Source: an uncultured Thermoprotei archaeon
GTDB taxonomy: Archaea > Thermoproteota > Thermoprotei > Thermofilales > B15-G2
NCBI GenBank assembly: GCA_965367815.1
Contig: CBDUKN010000009.1
Coordinates: 21,085-85,084 of the forward strand
Direction: 5' to 3'
DNA length: 64,000 nt
Part shown: positions 49,530 to 59,604 of the stretch, piece by piece
Position numbering within the stretch: the first letter of the stretch is position 1
Layout: the number at the start of each line of letters is the position of its first letter
Notes under the pieces: generated by a model
Seen by the model: only the letters and a program-made list of their open reading frames with translations
Databases searched by the model: none
Told to the model about the DNA's origin: nothing
Translations under genes and position numbers: made by a program

Positions 49530-49718
49530 CTATATGGCAAATTCTATGATTTCTCTTTCGTCTACTGCTTTTCTACCGCATTTAGGGCAGCGGGCAGTAA
49601 GCCTTATACTAACCATAAGTGTTTTTCCTAGAAATTCGTCAATACCTGCCGAGACTTCAAAGTCTCTTTTATCGATGTCTACTTCTTCTCCACACGACTT
49701 ACATTTTACTTTTACCAA
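49530..49718 (-). CDS. Small zinc-ribbon protein
   Basis: CKSCG and CPKCG; GAGGTG SD. Confidence 0.75.
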   Translation of the reverse strand: MVKVKCKSCGEEVDIDKRDFEVSAGIDEFLGKTLMVSIRLTARCPKCGRKAVDEREIIEFAI

Positions 49719-49749
49719 AGCTCACACCTCTCGAGGACTACTCCATTAA

Positions 49750-50019
49750 TTATACACTAGAGACACATTTATTTACTCTTTTATTTATTAGTAACTCTTC
49801 ATTTATTCTGACAAATACTCTACCCCTTTTCCTGTACATATTTATTAATCCTACTCTTAGCAAAATTGCTAAGTGATTGTAGAGCGTTCCAGCACTCATA
49901 TTTAGTTCTCTTGCCAGTTTGCTGAACGGTACTTCTAGTCTCTCTATTAAGTAACTTACTATGAGTCTTCTACGAGGATTACGAAGTGCTTCAGTTACTG
50001 AAAGTATTTTCTCAGGCAT
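49750..50019 (-). CDS. ArsR-family wHTH regulator
   Basis: ALRNPRRRLIV, FSKLARELNMSAGTLYNHLAIL. Confidence 0.85.
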   Translation of the reverse strand: MPEKILSVTEALRNPRRRLIVSYLIERLEVPFSKLARELNMSAGTLYNHLAILLRVGLINMYRKRGRVFVRINEELLINKRVNKCVSSV

Positions 50020-50169
50020 TTAGTGCACCTCTGTTGTTTGTGGATAATGTAGTTCAAGGTATATAAGTCTGTTGCGATTCTGTGTAAAACTGTTGTCTCT
50101 TTACGGCTAATTAGTAAAAACAGAGCTCCCAGAGTATTTTTCCTGTACCTGTGAAGATAATGAGAGAAA

Positions 50170-50226
50170 GTGTCAGTGGCTGCCCGCTTAGATCACAGAT
50201 CACTTAACGCTCGTGCCTCATCACTC
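50170..50226 (-). ncRNA. C/D box methylation guide sRNA
   Basis: GTGATGA (C) - guide - GTGA (D') - TGATCT (C') - AAGCGGGCAGCCA - CTGA (D); TTTATATA box about 24 nt upstream. Confidence 0.85.
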
Positions 50227-50385
50227 GACCTTCATAAATGCTACTTAATTATATAAAGTTTTCTTTAAGTCACTGTCTATTTATTTCTATAAACAATATT
50301 ATCTTCTTTAGACTACTACGATTTACTATTTCAATTAAATGATTATAAAAGAAACTAGTTAAGCCTCTTCTTTAAGTTTAGCGTG

Positions 50386-51672
50386 TTACTCGTAGAGGTA
50401 GATGTGGGGAGTTAAACCCAGTTTAGTTAAATCGAACGTGTAGTGGATTTCTTGGTATTGTTTTCTAAACTCTATTACTTCTTTCTTTACTTCTACTGGA
50501 TTCTTTTTATCTATCAATATTTTCTTGAAGAACTCTGCTATAACATCCATTTCACTTTCCTTCATTCCTACTCTAGTCATTTCTTGTACTCCTATTCTTA
50601 TTCCTGAAGGATTCTTTATTTTGTCTGGTGTATCGTAGGGGAGCATGTTTTTGTTGAGAATAATGTTTGCTTTTTCTAGTGTTTCTGCGACTGGTGCTCC
50701 TCCTCCGAATTCTGTTACGTCGACTGCTACTTGATGCGTTTGCGTGAAACCGACTTTTTCTCCCAATACCTTGAATCCGTATTCGTATAGTTTTTCAGCG
50801 AGGCGCTTAGCGTTTCGTACTACTTGTTTAGCGTATTCTTCTCCGAAGTACTTCATTTCTAAAGCCGCTATACCCGTTGCAGCTAGTCTATGTAAATGGT
50901 GATTTGATACGAATACTGGGAAGACTACTTTCTTTATTTTCTTGTAGAGCTTCTCGTTGTTAGTCATTATGACTCCTCCCTGGGGTCCTGGGAATGTCTT
51001 ATGTGTAGATGATGTTAGGATATCTGCTCCTCTTTCAAGGGGATTGGGGAAGACTTTGCCTGCAATTAGTCCTAGGACGTGAGCTACGTCGTGTACTAGG
51101 ACAGCTCCTACTTCTTCACATGCCTCCTTTATTTCTTTGTCTGGGTGGGGGAATAGGTAAAGCGATGCTCCTAAGACAACGAACTTCGGCTTCACTTCTT
51201 TAATCATTTTCACTGCTCCGTCGACATCTATGTTCATTGTTTCTACGTCGAACGGCAGTTCGTGCGGCGTTATTTTAAGCGCCCCCATTATGCCATACTG
51301 GGAGTGGCTTACATGGCCGCCTCCGCTGAGTTTAACTATGCAGGATTCTCCTCCTTCTGGCGCTAGCGCGTAGAAGACTGCTCCGTTGGCTGTAGTTCCG
51401 CTTATAGGCCTCAGGTCTACGTACTTTGCGTTAAATAGCTCTCCCATAATGCTCGCCGCATATGTTTCTACTTCGTCTACGTAGCGCGTGCCTTGGTAGA
51501 ATCGCTTAAAGGGCATTCCTTCCGCGTATCGGTGCATAAAGTCAGATAAGTACACTAAGTCTACGAGAGGAGAGGTAACGTTCTCCGACGCAATTAAATT
51601 AATACAGTTTTTCCTCCAAGTATTGTGTTTCTTCGTGAGCTCCACTAGCTTAGAAACCTCTTCCAAGCTCAC
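50386..51672 (-). CDS. glyA: Serine hydroxymethyltransferase
   Basis: [38 protein letters not shown]. Confidence 0.97.
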   Translation of the reverse strand: MSLEEVSKLVELTKKHNTWRKNCINLIASENVTSPLVDLVYLSDFMHRYAEGMPFKRFYQGTRYVDEVETYAASIMGELFNAKYVDLRPISGTTANGAVFYALAPEGGESCIVKLSGGGHVSHSQYGIMGALKITPHELPFDVETMNIDVDGAVKMIKEVKPKFVVLGASLYLFPHPDKEIKEACEEVGAVLVHDVAHVLGLIAGKVFPNPLERGADILTSSTHKTFPGPQGGVIMTNNEKLYKKIKKVVFPVFVSNHHLHRLAATGIAALEMKYFGEEYAKQVVRNAKRLAEKLYEYGFKVLGEKVGFTQTHQVAVDVTEFGGGAPVAETLEKANIILNKNMLPYDTPDKIKNPSGIRIGVQEMTRVGMKESEMDVIAEFFKKILIDKKNPVEVKKEVIEFRKQYQEIHYTFDLTKLGLTPHIYLYE

Positions 51673-51722
51673 ATCTAACTTTACGCGACGAAGCTTTAAA
51701 TACTCTTACGAATAGGCATGTT

Positions 51723-52439
51723 GTGCCCGCATTAAAGGCTGCCGCCGTAGATATAGATAAGACTATTACCATGCACGGAGTTATTCCAGCACCCGTAGTC
51801 GCAGCGTTGCGAAAACTAGAAGAAAACGGCATAAAAGTCATCTTAGCTTCAGGCAACGCGCTTCCAGTTATTTCAGGGCTCAGAAAATACCTGGGAGTCA
51901 GCGGAGCAGTGATCGCCGAAAACGGGGGCCAGGTATATTACAAGAGAAAAATAGTGAAAATAGGAAGCAGAGAAAAGGTGCTTAAAGCTCGAGAACTCAT
52001 ATTAAAGCATCTAAAAGAATACGTTGAGGAGAGCTGGCAGAATCCCTACAGGTACTCTGACTTGGCTTTTAAAGCAAAAATTGACATAGAAACTGCTGCT
52101 AAAAAAGTTAGAGAGCTCGTTTGTTCTGCTATGGAGGATATGAGAGTTTACAGCAGCGGCGTCGCTATACACGTAGGCGAGAAAATTGTTAACAAGGGAA
52201 CAGGGCTCAAAGAAGCCCTTAAGCTCATGGGGCTTGATCCCACTGAAGTAGTGGCAATAGGCGACAGCGAAGTAGACTTAGAGATGTTTAAGGTAGCTGG
52301 ACTCTCCATTGCTGTAGCTAATGCTGTAAGCGAGCTAAAGAAGCTGACTGACATAGTGACTTCGTGCAGCGAAGCCGAGGGGTTTCTTGAGGCAGTAGAC
52401 TATATTCTGAGAAAAAGATACATGCATACTTTAGTCTAG
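51723..52439 (+). CDS. HAD hydrolase, phosphoglycolate phosphatase-like
   Basis: DIDKT, ASGN, AENGG, NKG, IGDSEVD, AVANA. Confidence 0.9.
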   Translation: MPALKAAAVDIDKTITMHGVIPAPVVAALRKLEENGIKVILASGNALPVISGLRKYLGVSGAVIAENGGQVYYKRKIVKIGSREKVLKARELILKHLKEYVEESWQNPYRYSDLAFKAKIDIETAAKKVRELVCSAMEDMRVYSSGVAIHVGEKIVNKGTGLKEALKLMGLDPTEVVAIGDSEVDLEMFKVAGLSIAVANAVSELKKLTDIVTSCSEAEGFLEAVDYILRKRYMHTLV

Positions 52440-52531
52440 TACATGCCTCTAAGTATTATCTTGGTGTCACCAGAGTATTATGCGAGTTTTCCGGAAATAA
52501 CCCTAACAAAATTCATGAACTTGTCTTTCAT

Positions 52532-54430
52532 GTGAAGACAGTAAGCTTAGCCGACGTAGCTAGATCACTAGCAGTTACTGCCGCTGTTCTATGCTTTATG
52601 CTGATATTCAAAGATAGCTTAAGCTTCGCAGACCTGCTCTTAGCCGTGCCGCTGGCTCTCATTGCTTTGAAAAAGCCTTCAGCGTCACTAGCACTCGGCC
52701 TACTCTTAGTATTTCCTGAAATTTCTTCAAGCATGCAGTACTTTCTAGCTATATACGCAATAATGCTTCTCTTCCTCCTCCCTCAAAGCATGTACTGGCG
52801 CTCTATGACTATACTTCTAATAGCGCTGTTTCTTACTCTTCGGAGCAATGTGCCTATGCTTGGCTTAGCTCTCGTTCTCTCTTCGTTTATTATACTCGAC
52901 CCGCTCCAAGTAGCTAGGCTCTCGATATTCTACTCCACGATATCTACTTTAATAGCACTAGTAGAGCCTTCCACTAACACAGTTAAGCCTCTGGGCATGC
53001 TCCTCGTTCCCTGCGAGACAAATATAGCTGCTTCTCTCACTCAAAATCCCTTAAAAGACGCCATTCACATAGTCACAAGCTACGTGCAGGCACTAACATC
53101 ACACGACATGGTACTGCTGTACCAAGTACTCACACTACCTCTCGCAGTCACAGCCGCGTCACTAACATATGCGGGTAGAAGCAAGAAGGACCTCGCAACG
53201 TCTTCACTAATACCGCTCACAGCTATTAGTGCGAGCTACACAGTATCGTGCTTAAAACTCCTAGGGAAAACCCCTATTCTTGAAACCTACCTCCTTTTCG
53301 CGGCACTCTACTTCTCTCTAGTAGTAATAATGGAGTCAACGGCAAAACTCTGGAAAAACAGTGTTCCCGCGCAAAAAGTACTACCCAAAACGAGTATTCA
53401 CATAGTTTTAGCAGACAACTCCGCTTCTCTACACGCTATCGCCAGTAAGCTTCATTTAGAGAAGACAGCGGTCGTCGACTTGAGTGAAAAAAGAAAACTT
53501 CCACGCATAGGTAGAAGAAAACACTTAAGCAAGCTAGTCCTAGCCCCACCATCAGAAAACATAGACTCCGTTCTCAAAGTAATCAACGCTTTGGGAGCTA
53601 ATGCTGAGGAAATATACCTAGTGCTCAAAGATGAGAAGACTGCTGCCGAAATTTCACAAAGGCTTAAAATAAAAACAGTAGTAGACCTACGCGACCATAA
53701 GTACTGGAAGCAGATAATAGGCTTAAGCAACCTCAAAACAGAGCTCGTTAAATCTATTATAATTCCCGCTAAACTCAAATCAGACTCAGTCAAACCGAAG
53801 AATATTCTCCTAGTAGGTCCTCCGGGCTCCGGAAAAACTCTTCTAGTTGACGCTATACACGAAAAGCTAGGACCTTTAGGCATCAAATACTACTCGCTAA
53901 ACCTACCGGACAAAAACAGGACTTTAAAAACCCTAGCCTCGCTGGGCGCAAAAGTGGTGCTAATAGACGACCTAGACCTAGCCTTCTATAACAAAGAAAA
54001 AAGTGCCGAACTATCAAGCCTCCTCAAAGACTTAGCTAAAAAATACTCTATAGTAGCTACAGCTTACGACCTTCAAGCAATACCTCCCGCAGCCTTAAGT
54101 GTATTCGACCACATAGTCAAAATACCTCCTCCTACACTCGAAGACATAGAGCTATTTCTCTCTAAACACAGCTTCTTCAAGACCCTAAACATAGACCCGA
54201 AAGCAGCCGCCAAGAAGTTCCAAGGACTTTACTTCGGGAAAATAATCAAGGTACTCGAAGAAGCCAAGAGAACATCTATATACAGGAAAATCCACGGAGG
54301 CCCTCCTCTAACACTAGAAGAACTAGAGAAAATAGCCTCAAAGTATTCTCATCAAAGAATACTGCCTACGCAGGCTCTACAACTAGATAATATAGAGCCT
54401 AGGATAATTACAGATTTAAGGAAAAAGTAA
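52532..54430 (+). CDS. Polytopic membrane protein fused to a divergent AAA+ domain
   Basis: About 270 aa hydrophobic N-terminus; W..IIGL..LK.EL, GPPGSGKT, VLIDDLD. Confidence 0.75.
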   Translation: MKTVSLADVARSLAVTAAVLCFMLIFKDSLSFADLLLAVPLALIALKKPSASLALGLLLVFPEISSSMQYFLAIYAIMLLFLLPQSMYWRSMTILLIALFLTLRSNVPMLGLALVLSSFIILDPLQVARLSIFYSTISTLIALVEPSTNTVKPLGMLLVPCETNIAASLTQNPLKDAIHIVTSYVQALTSHDMVLLYQVLTLPLAVTAASLTYAGRSKKDLATSSLIPLTAISASYTVSCLKLLGKTPILETYLLFAALYFSLVVIMESTAKLWKNSVPAQKVLPKTSIHIVLADNSASLHAIASKLHLEKTAVVDLSEKRKLPRIGRRKHLSKLVLAPPSENIDSVLKVINALGANAEEIYLVLKDEKTAAEISQRLKIKTVVDLRDHKYWKQIIGLSNLKTELVKSIIIPAKLKSDSVKPKNILLVGPPGSGKTLLVDAIHEKLGPLGIKYYSLNLPDKNRTLKTLASLGAKVVLIDDLDLAFYNKEKSAELSSLLKDLAKKYSIVATAYDLQAIPPAALSVFDHIVKIPPPTLEDIELFLSKHSFFKTLNIDPKAAAKKFQGLYFGKIIKVLEEAKRTSIYRKIHGGPPLTLEELEKIASKYSHQRILPTQALQLDNIEPRIITDLRKK

Positions 54431-54454
54431 TTAGGTAGTATAACTATACAATAG

Positions 54455-54826
54455 TTGATGAAACCCTTTTTAGCAGACGGTAGCTTGATCGAAAACTACG
54501 ATATTTTAGTAAAGTACTGGGAAAAAGAGAAAGACAAGTACGGCGAGAACAAAGCAATACCTTCAGGCAGAGACTTAACCTACGTAGAGAAAGTAATCGA
54601 AGAACAGAGAACAAGTCTCCTGGAGCTAATAAACACGCTTAAGCAGCGGTTCGTGCCGCTGATTGACGGTAAAATAGCCAAAGAAGTTCTCGAAGAAAAG
54701 GGCTTTAAAGTAGACGAAAACTACGCGCGCCTCAAAATAGCGGAGTTTTTAGCCAAATACTGCATCGAAGTCTGCAAGTCACTGGGCATAATAAAGCTTA
54801 AAGAGCCTTGGAGAACTAACGCCTAG
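54455..54826 (+). CDS. Hypothetical protein
   Basis: 123-aa ORF with native-looking composition. Confidence 0.7.
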   Translation: MMKPFLADGSLIENYDILVKYWEKEKDKYGENKAIPSGRDLTYVEKVIEEQRTSLLELINTLKQRFVPLIDGKIAKEVLEEKGFKVDENYARLKIAEFLAKYCIEVCKSLGIIKLKEPWRTNA

Positions 54827-55367
54827 ATATTTTAGCTACAACCTTCTCGTAGCACGACTCACAGTACTGAGGAGGCTTGTAGTCCGTATCGAGGATACTA
54901 TTGCTAAACATCATGACACAGTAGTTCCGGCAGTGCGTCAGGCCATAAGTATGCCCAAGCTCGTGTAGAACCTCCTTGTACACTCTCTCTAAAAACAAGT
55001 CCTCGTCGAATTCCTCTCCATAGAACTCAGGGTTAAGGCGCGCTAAGTAGACTACAGCTGCGGGCCCGTTTAATAGAGCCTCGCCGAAAACAAAGTTCAG
55101 TGCATCAGAGTAAGCGTCTACGTCTGCTAGCCCTACGACTCTATCTACGCCTCTCAGGCTAAAAGCGAGTCTTATGAGAACGTCTAAGACCATTGGAGAA
55201 AAGTACTGTCCCCTACGCCTGTCAAAGCAGTTCTTTATTCTCTTGAGGTCTAGGTGCTGGAAAGAAACTTTGACCGGCAAGTAGTCTTCCAGTTTTTCTC
55301 TCAAGTAGTAGAGGATTTCCTCGTCTGCTTGACCTATCTCGACTAAAACTATGTGGTGCATACTCAC
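54816..55367 (-). CDS. Archaemetzincin zinc metalloprotease
   Basis: RRGQY, LNFVFGEA, HELGHTYGLTHC..CVM.FS, C..C. Confidence 0.94.
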   Translation of the reverse strand: MSMHHIVLVEIGQADEEILYYLREKLEDYLPVKVSFQHLDLKRIKNCFDRRRGQYFSPMVLDVLIRLAFSLRGVDRVVGLADVDAYSDALNFVFGEALLNGPAAVVYLARLNPEFYGEEFDEDLFLERVYKEVLHELGHTYGLTHCRNYCVMMFSNSILDTDYKPPQYCESCYEKVVAKISRR

Positions 55368-56587
55368 GCTCTCCTAGCTTTAACAGCCACTATTTTAATT
55401 ATATCGCCGTCCTGCAGCACGTAGTCTTCTCCCACTTTCTGCTTATCTCTAACTCTCACTGCATAAAGAAAGCTTTCGCCCAAGTCCGTGTGAATGAGAT
55501 AAGCGAACTGCCTCGCAGTAGTACCTTTCGGCACTAGAAACGCGTCGGGAAGAACTCTCCCCTCGTGGTCCGTAAGCTTAGATGCGTCTTCCACAGGGTA
55601 CACTACAATCATGTCGAGCAAGTCGAAGAACGCCCTGTTGATTACTTCCTGGACTCCAGTGCTCCCCCACTTCTTCAAGACCCTATCTTCAATATACTCC
55701 AGTGCCTTAAGCTGACTCGAAGTCATCTTAGACTCATCTAGTATCTTAAAGCTGCTGTCGCCAGGTAAGTACTCTATGAGCCCCTGCTTAGCAGCCTTCC
55801 TCAAAGCCAGCTCTGCTGCAGCAGAAGTAGGAACCACGACCCTATCTTTGAGCTCCTGCTGCATCCTCTTAATATTGTCTTCTGCCTCAAGCAAATCAGC
55901 TTTATTAGCGGCTATAATCGTAGGCTTAGCTATCTTCCTAAGAGCCTTCACGAAATCCATTAACTCTTCGTCACGCCACGAAGACAGCTTCGCAGACTCC
56001 AGCTTAGCTTCCCGCATAGCCTCAACAACATGACTCCTCGTAACCGATAAACCAGAAAGCCTCCGAGCCAGCGCCTGAACGGGATCCTCCGAAGTATAGT
56101 CAACAGTCCTAGCAAACTTCTCCCAATCCTTCTTCAGTATACCGAAAAGCCACAAATCAACCTCCCTCTCTATAAACAGCACGTCTTCGATAGGATCATG
56201 AGTCCCGGGCGGAACAGGTTGCCCCTCTTCATCAGTACTGCCCGCCGCATCAACAACATGTATCAGCGCATCAGCCTGCCTCAAATCGTCCAAAAACCTG
56301 TTGCCAAGTCCCCTCCCCTTATGAGCATCTCTAATAAGCCCGGCAACATCCATCAACTTCACGGGAATAAACCTGTAGCCCTTAATACACAGAGAATTAC
56401 GCGGATTATCCTTAACACCGAGCTCTCCGCAAACACACTTCACTCGAACATAGCCCACACCAACATTAGGCTTAATCGTCTTAAACGGCCTATTACCTAT
56501 CTCAACAGGAATAAGCGTCGCAGCACTGAAAAACGTAGACTTACCCACATTAGTCTTACCAATAACACCGACAAGCCTAGACCGCAC
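55364..56587 (-). CDS. ychF: Obg-family YchF-type ATPase/GTPase with TGS domain
   Basis: GKTNVGKST, DVAGL, GLGNRFLDDLR, ANKAD, C-terminal TGS (IHTDL). Confidence 0.92.
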   Translation of the reverse strand: MRSRLVGVIGKTNVGKSTFFSAATLIPVEIGNRPFKTIKPNVGVGYVRVKCVCGELGVKDNPRNSLCIKGYRFIPVKLMDVAGLIRDAHKGRGLGNRFLDDLRQADALIHVVDAAGSTDEEGQPVPPGTHDPIEDVLFIEREVDLWLFGILKKDWEKFARTVDYTSEDPVQALARRLSGLSVTRSHVVEAMREAKLESAKLSSWRDEELMDFVKALRKIAKPTIIAANKADLLEAEDNIKRMQQELKDRVVVPTSAAAELALRKAAKQGLIEYLPGDSSFKILDESKMTSSQLKALEYIEDRVLKKWGSTGVQEVINRAFFDLLDMIVVYPVEDASKLTDHEGRVLPDAFLVPKGTTARQFAYLIHTDLGESFLYAVRVRDKQKVGEDYVLQDGDIIKIVAVKARRA

Positions 56588-56664
56588 ACCAAAAACACAG
56601 CAAATAAACTTAAATCTCTTCCCGAAACACCAAGATTTTTATACAAGACAAAAACTAGAGAAAT

Positions 56665-56871
56665 GTGGCAAAAACCTGCTCAATAGAAGGATGCGATAAA
56701 CCAGCAGTAAAAACAATATCACGCATAGACTACGAGGCAGCAAACCTACCCTACAGCCTCAAACCAGAAGCTAAAACAAAAGTCCACCTATGCAAAGACC
56801 ACTACAAAGAATACAAAAAGAAAACCAAAAAAGAAAAACAGCTCAAAAAATGGCGCCTATACATGAGATAA
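56665..56871 (+). CDS. Small basic Zn-binding protein
   Basis: CSIEGC...LCKDHYKEYKK. Confidence 0.75.
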   Translation: MAKTCSIEGCDKPAVKTISRIDYEAANLPYSLKPEAKTKVHLCKDHYKEYKKKTKKEKQLKKWRLYMR

Positions 56872-57033
56872 GCACACAGACCCGCCAGACAAGCCATAAT
56901 ACTTCTCTCACGAGACCACCCCTCTCTAAAACCACATCCCACAAACCTTCCACAAACACACAACACCTACCACTAAAATAAACAGCTAGCCAAATACCAA
57001 AACACAAAGCAGCAACACAACTGTTCCAAGCCA

Positions 57034-57989
57034 CTAGAGAAAATCCCTCAATTCATCAAGCAAATCTTTCGCATAACCCTTGATATCATCATCAATATTC
57101 TCAGAAAGAATCTCATATAGCTTCCTTCCGGTAAACTTAATTTCTTCTTTATTCAAAGCTCCTTTCCTAGCCAACTCAACTAAATACCGAGCAGCCTCAA
57201 CCCTCACCTCAGGATGTTCGTCGCAAACCAGCCTCAACAAAACATCCTTAGCTTTTTCGCCGAAGTAAAGCCAGTAAGCACGAAGCCTATAAGACGCAAA
57301 CAAAGATATCTGTCTTCAATAAGCTTAAGTAAATATCTACAAAAACTCTCGTCAAGTTCTTCACAAAGCCTATAAAGCCTCTAGGCTGCTTCCTGTCTAA
57401 AATAAGGTTCGTCGGAGTCAAGAAACTCAACTAAGCCTCTGATATTTTCCTCAGAGTAAAATTTACTAATTAGTGCTAGAACTCTCTCGACTTTTTCACA
57501 GCCATATTTAATAACAGCAGTATATGCTAAAGCATGTACTCTCACATAGCGATAATCGTCTTCTAGAGCAACTTTGTCTAGAATCTCTAGAACCCTTTTC
57601 CTATACTCAGGACTCCTTAAGTTAATACAATATAAACCATTTACAGTAGCCTCGCGAACCTCGCTCCAGGTATTTTTCAGAGCCTCCACAAACCATGTAA
57701 AAATTTTATCTGCATACCTCTTTAAATCCCCATCACCACATGTTTCAATAAAACAGACTAGTCCTCCAACAACGCTAAGAGGACAATCTCTGTAAAAGCT
57801 CCATAAAACATCAGGACCCCGAGGATCACCATTCTCGCACAGAAAATGAGCTACTAACAATTTCTCACGACCTTCTACAGTTTTAAGCAACTCAGCTAAC
57901 TCATCTAGCGATAAACCACTATATTTTCTGAAAACATGCCTATCTGTAATCTCGTAATCTTTACCAATGTCTTCAGCTCCTCCGCCCAT
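57034..57989 (-). pseudogene. HEAT-repeat protein gene broken by a nonsense codon and a frameshift
   Basis: Frame continues past TAG (57381): FRQEAA*RLYRLCEELDESFCRYLLKLIEDRYLCLR, then a 1-nt shift in a T run into YFGEKAKDVLLRLVCDEHPEVRVEAA. Confidence 0.75.
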
Positions 57990-57999
57990 ACACTAGCCC

Positions 58000-58560
58000 C
58001 CACTATCTAAATATGGTTTTTAAGACCCAACTTCACATTCACCGAAAAGATACACTACTTTTTCTTTTCACATACACAAATAGTCGCCTGACCTGCCCCT
58101 CCGGAATATTAATGTGCGAAACTAAACATCTCTACAGTGCCTCTTATATATTACATACTCATCTAGCCAAACTCAGTAAGCTTCTCTTCTCCGACCACCG
58201 AACATATACTTAAAGCCTTAACACCTCCAGAAAATAGAAACACTCAAAAGCACCAATAATGTACAAAGCAATATCATGAACTCAAACACTTAACAAAATC
58301 TCCAGCCCTTACTAAAGAAAACCATAAGCTCCTAAAACATTCTCCCTAACACACAAGCCACTCTTCTCTCCTTAAGACAAAACACCCCCTCATTAAGCCT
58401 ATCAAGCCCTTGTACAAAATAAACTAACATTAGTTCTGCTCCCTTATCATCTATTTCATTAATAGAACATGACCCCAGAGCACAAAAGAGCTTCATCCCC
58501 ACTTTCATAACTCCAAGAAACAGCATCTAAGCCGAATACTCTCACAAACTCCTTTAGACA
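58000..58560 (-). pseudogene. Heavily decayed gene remnant (possibly a paralog of the HEAT gene)
   Basis: Coding-like fragments (LVYFVQGL, GVKALSIC) interrupted by multiple stops. Confidence 0.3.
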
Positions 58561-58674
58561 AAACTCCTAGACAGACAGTAACCAAGACGCCCCTACAATA
58601 AGACTCAAGCACACCAAAATAAAGTAACTAAAGCCAACAAGAAATAATGTTCCAAATTCCTCTCAGGAAAATAG

Positions 58675-58794
58675 TAGCGGGGGGAGGATTTGAACCTCCG
58701 ACCTCGGGGTTATGAGCCCCGCGGGATCGGCCCCCACCCGCCCTTTCACATCCAACAGGGCGGGTGAAAGACTACCTGGCTGCCCCACCCCGCT
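58675..58794 (-). tRNA. Initiator tRNA-Met(CAT) with 46-nt intron at 22/23 (58726-58771)
   Basis: A1:U72, GGG/CCC anticodon stem, CT CAT AA; intron removal restores D stem GGGC/GCCC; intron folds as a long hairpin. Confidence 0.92.
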
Positions 58795-58976
58795 ATGGTA
58801 TCTGTCGCTTTGGCTGTATTTATTTTTTTCTGTGATTGTTAAAGAGTGTTTAAGAGTATTTTGTGCAGGGGGTCTATTTGGGCTGTGAAGAATGGATATT
58901 TTACGAAAGTGGGCTTACTTGTTGAGAATAGGGAAGTATTTCCCTATGGAGTGAAGAGTCCTCTTTATGCTTATGT

Positions 58977-59471
58977 TTATCTCCAGTCGTAGGCCTGTTC
59001 TATTAGTCCTGTGTTGAAGAAGAGTCTCCACATTATTTTCTTGAAAGTATTCGGTGCTCTGCGAGGACGGGGGAACACCTCTATTACCGTGCCTGTTGGT
59101 ACAGCTACTCCTCTTACTTTGTAGCCGACGTGTCTCCATTTCCTTATAGTGATTGTTGCTTTGAAAGGGCTTAGTACAGTGAATTTTATTTCTGTTTTGA
59201 AGGGGCTTTGTGTTACTCGGTATTTGGCCTGTATTTCGTCTAGTGTTTTCTTTAGCTCTTGTGTGATTTCGCTGGTTAAGTCTTTTTCGTAGATTGTGGT
59301 CTGCCATGTTTTTTGAGATAGTTGGAGGTATAGTCCGTAGCTCAGTGCTGCGGTAAATGTTATTGCCCAAACTAATCCTCCGGCGATTTCTGTTATTTTT
59401 GATGGATTTTTTAGCAGTACTGCGAGACTAGCTATTAGCGCTGCTATACATATTGCCAGGGCTATAGCCAT
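58977..59471 (-). CDS. Membrane-anchored hypothetical protein (2 N-terminal TM helices)
   Basis: Two hydrophobic helices then a soluble alpha/beta domain. Confidence 0.65.
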   Translation of the reverse strand: MAIALAICIAALIASLAVLLKNPSKITEIAGGLVWAITFTAALSYGLYLQLSQKTWQTTIYEKDLTSEITQELKKTLDEIQAKYRVTQSPFKTEIKFTVLSPFKATITIRKWRHVGYKVRGVAVPTGTVIEVFPRPRRAPNTFKKIMWRLFFNTGLIEQAYDWR

Positions 59472-59604
59472 CAGTCTGTCTGACCCACCACCACATTTAC
59501 TTCAGCTAAATTGTTTATATGTTGTATAGTGTGTTAGTTTGCCTAACTGAGAATATGAAGGAGAAAATTGTATAAAATTTAGAAACAGAAAAACTGCTAC
59601 TAGT

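Noticed and set aside
57381-57383. In-frame TAG as pyrrolysine readthrough
   Set aside because: A frameshift follows within about 40 codons and no pyl genes are seen; pseudogenisation is more likely
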